A stretch of DNA of 64,000 nucleotides from Iphione sp. A-MEVVRFRX5. Taxonomy: Eukaryota. Below are positions 49,776 through 64,000 of this stretch, piece after piece. The notes under the pieces were generated by a model. That model was not told the origin of the DNA. It did no database searches and saw only the letters and a program-made list of their open reading frames with translations. Location: contig OZ320321.1 in assembly GCA_976226885.1 (NCBI GenBank), forward strand, positions 26,970,001-27,034,000, in the 5' to 3' direction. The position numbers and the translations under genes are program-made. Positions within the stretch are counted from its first letter, which is position 1. Each line of letters begins with the position of its first letter.

Positions 49776-52700
49776 ATTACCAGTACTTCATTAGTTATCA
49801 GTTATTAAGGTTTCGGTTGTTATTGGGCAATATGGCTATAGTTTCTCTATCGACGCATCGCAAATGCATATAAACTTTGACCAGGGAGAAGGACATATGT
49901 ATATCCAGTGTTCTGCACTCATATTACACAGTTGCCAATTTTGTGTAGTCGCAAACTGCATGTTGGTAAAACTAGTGCTTCAGTCATGGAAACCATATGT
50001 GCATAACCGATGACGTGCACTAACACTACTGTATATTTGCTAAAAAAAACAACCTTGAACTATGATTCGATTTAGTGCAAAACATATCTATGTCACAAAC
50101 CGTCGCAATTTCATGGCCCCCACTAATGTCTCGACATTATTATGATGTTCAGGGATGTATCAACTGTGGACAGACAATCTGTATGTCGGGTTCTGCCTGA
50201 TCTTATTACAGGCATCACACCACACGAATGAGCAGCGCTGCGTAATTTTATTCGACAAGAAACAAAACCTGCATAACATATAACAGCATGCCATCAAACC
50301 TATTCCTGTTGGAATTAACAAAACGTGAAATAAGACACTATTTATTGCTTTATATTGGTTCAGGATATGACGCTATATTTTATTTGCATATACACAAAAC
50401 AATGGCGAGTATTGTGCGACAGTTGGATAATTTAAGTGTTGCATTCACTGAAGATTTGGGTGAGGACTATGTATGTATTTCCCAAGTATACGTTTTCACC
50501 AAGATACAAGGGAATTGGGCTCAACTTGCGACACCATCATTCTCTGGCTTTCTTTAATTGGTAACTAGTTTTGAAAACTGATTGCATCATAGTATCGTCC
50601 CTCAGTTGTACTGCATCTACGAAGACACGTGGGGATTAAGGGAAACAGGCTAGGGACTTCATTCCACCAAGACTGGCTGATGTTATGTACCATCCTCAGA
50701 TAAACCTGAGTTCATCTTTCACTGCATTTTAGAGTAGATTATAAGGATCACTGACATCTCGGTTTTCAAAGCAGTGACCTAGGATAGATCCCGCGACAAT
50801 CGCTCTTTTATCACATTTGGTTGCCTCTGTGAGGTAAAACTGTATGACTGGGACTCTACATTTTGGTCTCTCAACTGCTTTGGTCTCTTCTGCAGGTTGG
50901 TCGCCCCGCATGTCAGTGACATATACATAATGGTAAATGGTCAATATAGAAATCGGTCCGTTCTAAGCAAACTGGTCTCTCCCCTGGCTTGGTCTCCCCT
51001 GCGGAATAGTCGCTAAATGTTTTTCAAATGTAATTCATATGGACAAGATCTAGAATCAGGACAGTCTTGACAGTAGAAGATATTGTCTTCTCATAACTCC
51101 AGAGTGTAAAGCAAGCATGGCTTTAAATCAGCAGAGGTGTTTGATTTTATTTTCGTTGCACGCAATCGTTGTATACATAATGATAAAGTTTCCAATGAAG
51201 TCCATATGAAATAGTCAAGTTGATTGGCAACATATGGATAGATAGTGAAGTAAGACAGATACAAACTGAGTGGTGCTAAGAGACTCCTCTGTTAAATCAG
51301 CAGAGAGATTGAGCTTTGGTAAATGTAGAAGTTAGACTACTTGAGAAAGGGAGCATTGAGTGGTGGCAGGTCCATCTGTGATAATTACCATGGTTACTGC
51401 CCCCATTCTTCCACAGCTTATTAGCTACGACTGTGTGTAGTGTAGCATTCTTCTATTGGAATACGTATGAATGTACCAATCGTTCATGACCCTAAGGTGA
51501 CCACAGTGCTACAAATCTTTCCTTGAATCGAAACACTGGCCTGTCTCATGGTCACACCCGTGTCTTATTCATTGATGTGTATCATGAATACCTACCAACT
51601 GACTTCCAATACTACTATGTGCAACTAAGTGCACAACTTCGAATATTTATTTAATTTAAACGTGCTCACATTTCCATATGTATGTAGTCAACAGTTCATT
51701 TTCTGAATTTCGTTAAACGTTCATTTGACAATGATCAGTTTAGTTGATACACTGCACTGTCAATCTAGTAGACATATTTAAAAAGATTTTCTACAGGAAT
51801 TTATATGTCAATTTGTACAGACATTTACCTTACAAATTATTTTACATAATTAACTACTGCTCTTTTGTAGACATTTGACCACTGATTTCAAAATATCTTT
51901 ATCTGCCCGTTGAGTATACACAATGAACTGTTATTTACTAAAATTATGTAGCTGTCAATTTAATACCTGCATTTGTCATTAGTTTCCTGCATGGCGTTGT
52001 AAGGTTTAGTGTGAATTTCATCAGACACTGATGATGCAAGCATGTTGACCTAACCCTTTTGAAAAACATCTTTTGTTTCCCTGATCACATTCATGTTTTT
52101 CCAACACATGGATTATGAATAATCAGTACTTTGGATTTTATGTCTCACCTTTTTTCATTACAGATAATCTAGACACTGGCGACACTTATTTCATTTCTTA
52201 TGTAATTCATTTTTTTGGTTCGATTATAGATATGTAATCCGTGATTTGTTTGGTGGATTCAGTTATTGAATGTTTTAATCAATGCAAACATGCATTTGAG
52301 CATCAGTTTACTGTACTTATTTAACCCTTATTAGACATAATGTTGCAATGCTTAATGTGTATTTCGTCATCCATAGGTGATGCAAGTGTCTCAAATTGCT
52401 TTCACCACAAATACATGTATTTTGTTTTCCATAGTTGCACACATAAGAAAGTCTTTCATGTATATAACAAATACTCAGAATAACTTATATATATATGCAT
52501 GTCTAGCCCTCCTAAAACCCGCACAAAGGGGAACACAAATATATTACAACTTTAACAATGAGACTTACCAGTCTTGAAAAATGCTACTCATTATAGCAAG
52601 AGTATAATTCACCTTCCAGTAAATATATACACTTAACTAATCTAGTCCAATTGATTTTATGTTCTGTTTCTGAGATAAAACACAAAAATGAAGGACGACA

Positions 52701-54539
52701 ATTCTAAATGGTGCTGTAAACACGAGGAACATTGAGGTCTGCTATTATAAGTGCATTCTTTATCATGAGAAGTATCAAATTTTTGAGACTGGTGTGTTTA
52801 ATCTTATCATAATATAATGTTCACAATTTTCATGGTCATTGTAACAAAAAGGAAAATAGAAGTCTACTACTTATACATAATTTCCTCCTCATTGGAAGTG
52901 TTACACCGTGTCGCACTTAATGTGTTCTTGACTTTGGCTACAAAATGGCATGCATTTATCATACATATAAAGATACAGGTAATGTGATTAGATAAAGATA
53001 AGGTCATCCCATCATCCCAGTCACTAAGAGTGACCAATAGGACTTATGTTACAAAAAACACTTCTAACATTGGTCATATCTTTATACATAGTGATCAGTT
53101 TTGGTACTGTAATTTAAGATTTTGTTTAAGGCTGCAAGCCTATATGAAAGTGGCCAAAGTGCAGCGTTAAAAAGGGGGTAATCTGAGAATGAACAAGAAG
53201 AAGTTTGATATATTTACATTATAAAAATTGTTGACATGCTTCTGCTAGAGTTGATGCCTCCATTTTTGGATTTGTTTAAACTCTTTGTCATCTCATGTTA
53301 TCTTCATATTTTCCACATCTTCTTTAGGTTTAGAAGTCAGGAGATATTAAAATAGCATTAAATATAGTTCTAGTAGGAAAGTCTAATCCAATCTCTGTAA
53401 AGCTCTGCACACTCCAAAACTGAATTAAAAGCTGTACATGTTTTCATACAACAAATTGTTTCTTACTATATACATACTCAGATTTCCAAAACACTCAATT
53501 TCTGAATCTGAACATTATTCTTTGGTGAAAATTCAATATATTCATATTCGAAAACTGAATGACCTTCTCCAGGCATCCCCCTCCATTATGTACATCAGAG
53601 CATTAGGTGATTATGGAGGACTTTGCACCTTCCCCAGGCATCCCCCGAAGTAACTCATCCTTAACTGAATCAAAGAGATAGCTGTAGACAGGGGATAGCT
53701 ACTCATGGAAGGGTTCATGCCTTCTACAGGTATCCCCCAATGTTATGAAGATCAAAGCATTAGGTGACTATGGAGGACTTGGCATCTTCTTCAGCCATGG
53801 CTTAACTTATGCCTTACCCTTCAGCCAGTCAAAGTGATAGCGACCCATTGAAGGGTTTGTACCTTCTTCAGATGTGCCCCGGGGGTAATTATGTTTTATT
53901 TCCTATTTCCAGGTATGAATAAAAATTGCTTTTCAGAGGCAATTGCTGTACTATTTCAAGTTTAGAATAGTTTACATTACTATTACAAAATTTATTTCAT
54001 CTTTCTAGCTATGCATACCCAAATGGATACTTTTGAGGGATAATCGCTGCAATGTTTTGAAGTTTAAAATAGTTCCCATGATAAAGAAAAGTGGCCTTAT
54101 GCTACAACTGACACTGGGATGAGGAGAGTGGCCTTAGGCCATAATTTGAAATCTAAAAAATCCAAAAACTAAACCTTTTCAACCAAAATGGCCGATGTTC
54201 AGTTTTCGAGTCTTGATTGTATATCAATATTTTTATTACATTTTCATTTCCTCTTTCGGATGGACCGTACTTTTAAGGATAATTCCTAAAATTAGACAAA
54301 TTATTCCACAAAGAGCTATCCAGGGGCTACAATTTTGTATTTCATATCTGCCGATAGCATATATCATTGCAAATATCAGCTAAAAGTTGTTTCCTAACAT
54401 GGAAATACATCCATTGCTGAGATTTAAACATAGTGTTAGCCTGCCGGGTAGACTATAGTGGACTAACTTGACTGATTAAGAAGGACCAGAATATATTTAT
54501 GAAGGTTTGCAGTTACGATCAGGGTGAGAGTTTGATTTC

Positions 54540-54730
54540 GGGTCTGGGTTTAGGTGAGCCTTAAGCTTATAGGCGAGTCTGAGGGTCAGGGTTAGAGTTA
54601 GGTTAGGGCAAGAGTTTTGGTTAGAGATAAGTACAAGTAAGGGTTAGGCTTAGAGTTAGCTTGACAGTAAGGATCAGAATAGGGGTTAGATTAAAATGAG
54701 AATGAGGATGAAAATGATGGTAAGGGTTAT
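54540..54730 (+). repeat. Degenerate interstitial GGTTAG-type (telomere-like) repeats
   Basis: GGGTTAG, GGTTAGGG, GGTTAGAG and similar scattered over ~190 bp. Confidence 0.5.
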
Positions 54731-57700
54731 GGTCAAAGTCAGAGAAGTTTCCCTAGTGGTTATGTGTCCCTAGGTAGGAATTCTACTGTATTCGTTCCTA
54801 TAAAACATACATTAAATCTTATTCACACATTTATCTGTTAATTCAGTTCACATCTGTTACTTACAATTTTGTAAACACACTTTACCCTTGTCGGTGGCTG
54901 GTGTTGCAATATCCATTGTGTATTTCATCATAGTCTGATGATGCAATCACATACGATGATACAGATTTAAAAATGACCTGTTTCCTGAGATATCGTTTTT
55001 GCAATCAGTCGTGAACTAGAGGAGGTAACAAAGGGGACTAAAGAAGGTCAATGGGTGTATTTTATACTCTGCAAAGGCCTCCTGCCCCCCCAAACCACAA
55101 GGGAAAGGTCACAACCTACGGATGACGGACATTGACATCACTGAGGTCAACTTTAATTTGTATACCATTATGCACGTCAAACTAAAGGTCAAGGTCGACG
55201 GGACAAATACTGATGGACGCGGAAATGCGAGCTTCAAACGCAAATGTATTGTTTGAAAAACGACTCAGAAAGGGAAGAGATGCTTTTTGTATACTGCAGT
55301 TTCGTTGGATGTGCATTTTGTTTGTAGGTTTAAAAGGAACATGGAAATAATGTTCTGTTGTCTCCTGGTTCGAACTAAAATTGTGAATTTGCTTCACTAA
55401 CGTCTTTGATGAGGGAAAGAATTAAAGAAAGGAAGGTTTCAGTTTAAGGCAGGACAGGCTTGGTTCTCGGACTTCTGCAGATCCAGTTTTTCAATACCTC
55501 TCAACAATGCTTCCGGGATTAAACATATGAATGTGTTAATGCTTAATACAGATAACAGATCATTACCACTTTCGAAAAGCTGGTGTTGATAGCACATAAA
55601 TTCTGCGTAAACCTAATCAAGACCATTAAATGTATTCTATTAAAGTATTTGAAAAATATTAGAAGCCTGCAAACATGTTAATCTATTTGTTTTTATGAAC
55701 ACATAATTATACAGGTGTTTCGTTTTGTTGATACATTAACATGAACAAAACCTGTAGAACAAAATAATCCAACAAGATTTTACAGCGTGTGATTGCAAAA
55801 CTGAGAGCTCTTCTGGAATATGGAAATGGAGATAATTTCGGAATTGATTGCTGTGCTCGCCAGTGTACATATCTGTATTGTGTAGGATTCCAGCCTTGTC
55901 TTCTCCAAAACTAGAGTGGGAGAAGTTGTGAGGCAAGGAATTGTGCTTCCTAAAGATTCCTTAAGATCGGTTTTCTACGCTCCCTTTTCCTATGTCGAGT
56001 GGAATTTCAGTCATAATGATTCAGTTGCTGTGCCCTTGTTGATGGCAAGAAACGTCGCTAAAGTACAATCATATCGAATGAAAGGTGCAATTCGAGAACA
56101 CCAGTCTAGTAAAATGATGTATCAGCCACTATACTAGATGGTATATATATCTTCAATCTGACCTCGTGAAGTGAACGCTTGCCAGCCAATTTTCTTCACC
56201 ACCTTGGTGCCATTCTGCACAACAAAGCGTCCTTAATATCCTTGAAGAATGCTTTGCCAATTTCCTTTTAAAGTGAGATTTTACTATGTATGTTTTTCCA
56301 CTTAGGTTTTTTAAGCTCTAACGAATCAAACGCATTTTTCATGAAGAAATGCTTACTAATTCAGATGGGGTATTGGTTTCCTTTCCATTCATCACTCACG
56401 TTCTTCTACCAAGTATTGTTATCATTTTTATATGTGTTCTTTTGGTTTGTGTCTTTCTATTCTACTTGGCGTACATCTGCATGTTGATTTTAATTTATGT
56501 CTGTCTGTCTTTTTTATTTCATATTCTGTCTGTTCTGTGTGCTATCTTAGTTCCAATGGACTTATAAAATGTTTCTTGCTTCGTAAATATTTTCAGAGTA
56601 AATAAAGTACCGACACCTACAGTACAAAATTTTGTTGCTCAGACCACAGTTTTTTTATACGATATCAGTTTCATTCAAATCTAAGCTGTAAAAGTGTTAG
56701 TGCTCTAAACATTTGTTGATATCGGTATGAATTGACATTGAAAAAAAACGTACCGACCCCATATTTTTCCAACTTGTTACGGAAAGACAGATATCTTTTT
56801 CGGCTTATTTGTGCCAAGTTGCGACTCTCCTTTGTCATAATCCTTCCAGTTATTTAATTTATGTTTAATTTCATTATACTTGCAACTACCTGATCTTATC
56901 TAACTTTCTGGTGAATAATCACTACTGGCATACGTTACCTGGATGCCAGTAGACCTGTGATAAGGCATTTATGTTCTGTCTAGCGACAGTGTTCTGTGTT
57001 GCTACCAACCCTGTGATACCCTTTCTTGTACCTACACCTGTGATTAGGAACAGTGTGAACTCATGTCGGCTTTCTAGTTTATCATTGCCTCTTCATAGCA
57101 CAATGATTTCTTCTTGCACTTGTTAATTTTCCCACATAGAATACCTCTTAAGGATGTGAGAAATAAATTATCAATAAAATATCAATATCAATTTGTAAGA
57201 CCTTTCGGAAATGACGATTGTCTCTTATTTGACTTATGACCGATGCCATGCATTTAATTTCTGTCTTTTAAACTCGAAATGAGAATTGTTACAGTTTGAC
57301 TAACAGAGGTTAAATCGAATGGAATTTGTCAGTAGCATAAAAGACAGGGTCTACCAACAGATAGCCAGATTCACTCAAACACTTGTCGATGAGTATGTAC
57401 TGCTGTCATTCAATTGTCCATTGTTTCAGCAATAAATAAAGAATCAAACTTGAACCTGAATCAAACCTGTTCTGAGTTGCTGCTACATCTGTCTGTCATT
57501 CTTAATTCATATTTGTCTGTTCTTTTTGGTTTTTACCTCTCTGACTGTTTCAGTTCATATCCAGTCTGTCTTGTATAGTGTACATACCACCATTTCCGTT
57601 CAGTTTATATGTGTCTGTTTTGTAGGATATAAAATAATCTGAGAACCAGAATCAGGACATGATTGGTAGCTTGCAGAGGCGGCTGTCTCCGGGGACACGT

Positions 57701-60700
57701 TCTCCCCGGAGACAAGTATTAAAGACTACAAGACCAAATGATAATGATGGCTTATGGTGACTCAGAGATTGATAGAAAAAGAGGACTTTGCCCTAAATCT
57801 CTAAAGTAATGTCTTTTTGAGTGTCCTTTTACTTAATAGTACATGCTTTCGGGAATGAAATGTCTCTGTAACCAGCCGGGTGTTAATAGTTAATCCATGA
57901 CCTATAATCATTAAAGTACACACATTGTAGCTTTATTATGTTGATCCAATTCCAGAACGAATCGAAACTTCTCAAAACAAAATAGGTATTTGATATTTTT
58001 GGAATATTTATCATTCTTAGTTATTTTTAATAATTTATTTTTAATACACGTAGTTGTATCCATGTCTCTGTGTCTAAAGTGATTGAAGGATTTATTGATG
58101 CATGCAGTACACCCCTCACTATTGGAACACCTCATTTTTGCAGGCATGACGACTAGATAAAAAGCAGTTCTGCAGTAGCGGGTAGTATTGTATATCTATG
58201 AAGAATTCATCCTTCTATAAAGATTCAACAGTCCTCCCGCAAGCTACCAACTATATGAGGTTCTTTCTATATTTCGCTCAAAGAAACCTTGTGTTTTATT
58301 TGTTTGTTTTGACGCTATCACCTTATTTACTATCTCCACCGCTTGTTGCAGTACCTCTGATTGATCAGTTCTATGGCACTGTGGTGTGGGGCTGACATGC
58401 CAGTTACACAATGAAAGCAATGAATATTGAAGTGAAAGTGGTGAACATTGCAGTGAAAGTGGTGAGCATTACACTGAAAGCAGTAAACGAAACAGTTTTG
58501 AGACAGTTCTTTTTAAGGATAATTGTCGTTTTTGTACATTTTACCTCATATTAATGGGTCTGAAGATACCTGAACGATTTTTTTTGCTGTAGATTTTCAA
58601 CCTTGTAAAGGTAGATGAGTGTATTGTAACTAAAGTAGTTCACCATGTATCTCCTTCTCTCTCTACACATACACATGAATGTATATATGTATCAATACAT
58701 ACCTACAAAAATACGCACGAACATACATGCATACATACATAGTTATGCATTGAAAGTAAATGATATCATACTTCTTTGGCAGTGTATTTCTTTCACGTCT
58801 AGACGACTGCAAAGTTTGTTTACTTTTTCCCCGTAGAATATGGCCTTATTTTTAATGTTCACATCTTTTCTTCTTCACCCGTTTTGCCTCCTGGCGTACT
58901 ATGTCGTTGGAATGGAATCTAGTTTGATTCTCTATCAGGTTTTTGAGTTTTTCACACATATTGTTTTTATATTATGTGGGTTGTACAGCGCCAAAAACGA
59001 CTTGCACAAGTCCGAAATTGTCACATATTGGAGCAACGTCAAATTATTTGTATAGAATATCACCTTAATTTTTTCAGTTTGTTAGCAGAAACACGGAACT
59101 TTTTTTATGCCTTATGAAGCTGAAATCGGCTGATCGGCTAATTAGAATGCAATTATGGTACGTAGGATACATACATATACATGCACATGAATACAGCTGT
59201 GGAATCATGGACAGAAGACGAACCAATCAGAAAGCGTCGTTTTGCAACATTATCAAACATTTCTGCATATTTGTGACGTAAAATGTTGGTATGGTATACA
59301 AGATCTTCTCGGATATTTTTTTAACTCTCGGCGATCCTTTATTAGGGTAATGTTTTCTTTCATACCTGCGAGATGCATGTTATGCGAGTTCTTAAGGTTA
59401 GGATTATGCAAGTCTAGTTTGACCTCCCATGATCGTCCGTGTTGGCCGATGGCCTATGACCTCCCTTACTATTTCTGACTTTTCTCTAGCTTCAGCATGT
59501 CTAATCTACTCCAGACATCTCTCCTATTCCTCGGTCTCTCATATAGGCACTCATGACCTGTGGGGTTTTTTTGTGGGGAAAAACATCTCATTATTCCTAT
59601 TATTTCGAAACAAAATAACTTTTTGTATACATCATGACATATATCCATATATTTACATATCTCTATATACATCCAAAGGGAGGAGTGAAGGTTATGATAT
59701 CACTCAGTGTACATATTCAGAACTACCTTGTTTTTACTTAATTTTTATATGTTCACGAGTTGAGAAAGTTCACGTACTTAAAGCAGTAACATACATTTCT
59801 CCAAATAACAAGGATCCACCGAAACCTCAGATTGAACTGTATTAGTCTTATTAAGAAGTTTAAACGAATAGTTACATTGAAAGAAGACATCAAAGATGAA
59901 GTCTTGAACTAAGACATTTGCAAAAAAACTACATCGTACTAAAAATATCATTAACAGTAGAACAAAGCAAAAAAGAAATTCCCCATCTTATTTAATGATA
60001 TTCAGTGTTGTAGGAGGAGCGAATTTGTCATTTATTTAATTCATATGTTAATAACTTAAGTTTCTCTGCTCGGGAGTGATTTCCTCTTTATTGTCTAAAT
60101 AAAACATTACCTGTGCGTTAGTTGCATGGACGTCCATCACATCAAAGTAAATGTATAAAGCAGTGCTATCTAAAGCCGAAAGTTCTTGATGTTCCCAGCC
60201 TGTCGTTCCCTTGACCGACTACCTCCCACCCACCCACCCACCCACCCGCCCTTGCCTGTATCATTTGCTTGGCTGATATTAATTATCATGCTCGGCTCCA
60301 ACCGGATCCCGGGTGACTCCAACAGTGAAACCTTCCCCTGTCCCGACCTTGATGCCAGACAAGAGTGCCCCTTGCGCCGTCTGGCGTTGGGGGGTGGTGG
60401 GGGGAGCGGGGGGAGGAGGCGGGAGGGGAGCCGTCGTGCTAGTATGCAGTCCCAGGTGTGCCTGTCGGCTCAGGTGTGATCGTGATCGTAGTGGTGGGAC
60501 TTCAAAGCTAGTCGCCTGGTTTAGCCGCCTACCTCTGCGGTTTTATATACCTAGAGCGGCCATTTTCAGTGAAGGGAGGGAGGGGGTTAAGTTTATTTAT
60601 AGCCTTTAACCCTCCCTTCAGGAAATGAAATATCCTCTCCCCAGTTAGAAATTATGGCGCAAAATAAGCAGCAGTTAAACCAACGGTTGACATAACAGGA

Positions 60701-61636
60701 CACGCACAATGTGTGCCTGACGCAGATTCAGATTTCCAACGTTATATGTTCAAAGTGATGCACCTATGAAATGTGAAAGATAACATTGCCTCGGTCAGTT
60801 TAAGGAAACGCTATCTCGAAAATGTATCAGGCAAATGAAGCATCTAAGATAAACTGTTGAACAAGATAAAAAAAAACGCAGAAAAAATCATTCTTTAACA
60901 TTTGAAACTAAAAGTGTACCGAATCTGTGTATTTGTTTTTAATGTATACACTATAATAGCTAATCTATTTATTAATACCTAATGGATATACCGGTATATG
61001 GACTCAATCTGTATCCGAAACCGGAATATTGATTAATAATGTGATAAAAATATATGGTTAGCCTTCACGATACGGTGACCTCACTAATCAGGTCGCTAAT
61101 ATACTGAAAAACGCATACAATCAGTGCAGATGGAACGAAATACATTTATATCATAAACAACAAGTTTCCCCTCACTGATCCAGCCACCACACTATTCAGG
61201 CCAAATCAGCATGGAACCTTTTTGTGACCTGCTTTGTTAAAGCCCGCTATATATAAATACATATACAGTAGCAGCTGACCTTGTAGGCAACTCGACAAGG
61301 ATGGTAACTCAGAAATAAGGACATATTTTGCAGGTCCCAGTGGTTTATTTTCAATACTATAACTTACTAAGGTAGCACAAGATTATGAATAAATTACGTG
61401 CTAAACCTGCTGCTTTACTGCCGATCAGAGTCGAAGTATATACTATAATGTAAAATATAATAGGAGCAAGCTAACTTGTTGAATCATGCCGGCTAAAGTT
61501 GGCCATTCAGTTGAACAGGTGCGTCTATTGATTGTATGGAATTTCATTCCAGTATACTCAAACTTTGATAATATTTTACTCCAACCATGCTATTTTTAAC
61601 ACCTTTCCTCTAACCAGTAGCTGGGCCTTCCTCCGC

Positions 61637-61693
61637 CTCTCTCTCTCTCTCTCCCTCTCTCTCTCTCCACACACACACACGCACACACACACA
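61637..61693. repeat. Compound microsatellite (CT)n(CA)n
   Basis: Directly visible. It is the reverse-complement arrangement of 48217-48278. Confidence 0.95.
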
Positions 61694-64000
61694 AATGAAG
61701 GTTCTCGTCAGTATTTACCCATCTAATATACACCCGCCTGGCTTCCAGCCAATAGCGTAGGGCGTAGCATACAGAAGAGCCCCCCATCGTGTCCTTGAAC
61801 GGCACGTATGACCTCTGGTGGTAGAGAGCTGAGTGGTAGTGCTCGCACCTTCTTCCGGTCGTTCCTGCCGGTCACCAGGTGTCGCCTCGACGATGGTCTG
61901 TACGTCAGTGAATACAATAGGAGGAGGGAAATCTTGCTTCCTCATCCTTCGAGGGGGAATAAAACCGGGTGAAATACCTTCTTACTTGTCTCTATGTACA
62001 GACCAATGGACCAATCGCGACATTGCGTAATAACATCCAAAATTACGATACATTTACATCCAAAGAATAAAACTCTTATTGACTGTGGGCGATTACATGT
62101 ATGTGATTCCTGTTTCAATCAGGACATCCTCTGAAGCGGCCACCCCTTAATACGGAGAGTAGTGAGTTAGAACCAAATGTTAACTTTCTACAGTTGGCCA
62201 GCACTTTGTGAACACTGATCATATAAATTTTACTCATATCCGGATGCATTTAAAGGAGTCCATTGTGCTTTAAGTCTTTAATTATCTCCCTCTCAAACAA
62301 TCCTGAAATATTTTGCCAGATAACCATCTAGTTATCTGAAACAGATGGGTGTGTCCACTATGCCTGACCATCTATCTATAGTGGACTGTTCAGTCATTCA
62401 TTCTAGTTTTAAGAAACTAAGACTGACTTTCTCTCCCATGTCTGACAATGTTTTAGTATAAAAAATATCCACTTCTCAATCGCCAAGTAAATCAATTTCA
62501 CACCCACCTGTAGTCTCCTAAAAAATTAGACTCTTAGCTATGCCTCTCCACCAGATCTAGATATTGTAAACTTGAGTGGAACCGCGGATACCGGTGTATA
62601 CATAGTTAGCCAGTCCTGTGAAACACTGTAGTCGTCGACTCCTACATGGGGTGTTTGTTGGCCGTGATCGAGTAAGTACACCTAGAGGCCATGCAAGGGA
62701 GTCAGTTTTATTCTCAAGTTGAATATAAATCAAAACCCAATAACAGGAGTTTGGTTATATGTGGTAATTTTATTGGTGAATATTGCAGGCTCAACGCTTC
62801 GCATCTCTTATATCCTTATTCAGGAGCAAGTTCCTTTTATCGCCTCATGGAGGTATACCGAATATTTAAATACACTTTTTCATTTTGCTGCCAACCGGAA
62901 CAGTGATTTTGGTTTGATGCAAAAAAAATTAGTATTACGAAGATAGGAAAAATAATTATGACGAAGGTGATAAGACACCAAGAGCTCTTGCGTCTGCCTT
63001 AGAGACCCTTCTTGGTCTCTTTTATTTTTACATTATTTTTCCATCATGTATTTAACCAGGAGCTAGGTTTCAGCTTTTTCAGCTGTTCTCCCATATGAAT
63101 CCTGAGGTAGTATACTGCTATTTATTACTAAGAATTGAAAGACCAGAATACCTGGGGTTGCTCCCTACTCTTATTTCAAACAGGTTTCTGGGTTCTTTTT
63201 GTGCATAGGGGAAAGAATCCTAAATACCTACAACCTTTATTACGAAGTTGTGCACCATTCTGGGTTGGGGCTACAGTAAATTATATATCAAGGCATTTTA
63301 TAATATATTCAGAAGGTGTGCCAATGTTGCCCCTGCATCCACTGTGGGGTTTATCAGGACTAATAAAGCTTACTTTAACCCTCGATCTCTACTTTCCATT
63401 TCACTGCACTAGGCTCTTAGTCCTGCCTCTCTATCAAGCCAAGAACTGTTGACCTTGACTGCCCTGACCTTTATGTAGTACATACCTCAGTTTTACTTCC
63501 CGTTAACCTATTGCGGTTTTTACCCCGTATAAATATTCCCTTTCGCACTGGATTCGCGGCCTCCGTTCTCTTTGATCTCTCAATCCCACCACCTGCATGA
63601 TTAAACTCGTCCAAAACATTAGCTCTCCCATGTCGGCCAGTGCCACGCAGAACCACCTCCTCCACCCATTCCTACCCACCCCCACCGCCCCAGTGCAGGT
63701 ACCGTCTACACCACCGCCATTGAGTGGACCGTTGGGCGTTGGTGCGACAGAGACCCACCAGGTGGCTGCACACACCTGATCTCCTGTTCAAGAGGTAATG
63801 GCAGTAGCTCATCCTAGCGGAAAGCAACGTGGGGAAAAACAGAATCTGAAACGGGGAAGAAAGGGTGAATGACTTCTTCTCGGATCCTCCAAAAGCCTCT
63901 GTTGTATTCTTGTAGGTATTGATTTTGCGAGGGCATTTACTTCATTCAATCTGACAGGCACATCAAATAGCCTTCAGGTATGAATAATTCTCCCTCGGCT

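Noticed and set aside
49376-49794. Hydrophobic Phe/Ser/Leu/Pro ORFs that look membrane-like
   Set aside because: Translation of a polypyrimidine tract.
54540-54730. Telomere or chromosome-fusion site
   Set aside because: Too degenerate and short; such repeats are common inside TEs.
55800-56250. Possible further Penelope fragments here, plus tail-like motifs at ~11071 and ~62960
   Set aside because: Similarity is limited to a few residues or bases and is not supportable without a profile search.
63471-63779. GC-rich overlapping ORFs near the window end
   Set aside because: No recognisable domain; a VLDEFN/GDFN resemblance to LINE endonuclease is too weak.

Overview
AT-rich animal (invertebrate) nuclear DNA; the taxon cannot be assigned from this window. 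Most of it is a dense, nested transposon graveyard. It holds the 5' end of a Gypsy LTR element (LTR, tRNA-Leu PBS, gag), a decayed Polinton/adintovirus (pPolB, major capsid, adenain-like protease) split by a Harbinger insertion, solo LTRs with intact target-site duplications, LINE, Penelope and piggyBac remnants, and Tc1-type MITEs. Two spliced host genes can be reconstructed by hand. One is a minus-strand peptidoglycan-recognition protein with all amidase catalytic residues (3 exons found, first exon not found). The other, and the most striking feature, is a 4-exon plus-strand gene at 38912-40295. It encodes a secreted 211-aa protein with a 10-Cys cystine-knot framework (GPA2/bursicon/CTCK-like spacing) whose loop 2 is a 105-aa Gly/Tyr-rich GLGY-repeat segment resembling structural or adhesive matrix proteins. 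The ORF track misses its signal peptide and its last cysteine. The final ~17 kb is mostly non-coding, with a few unexplained GC-rich exon-like islands.
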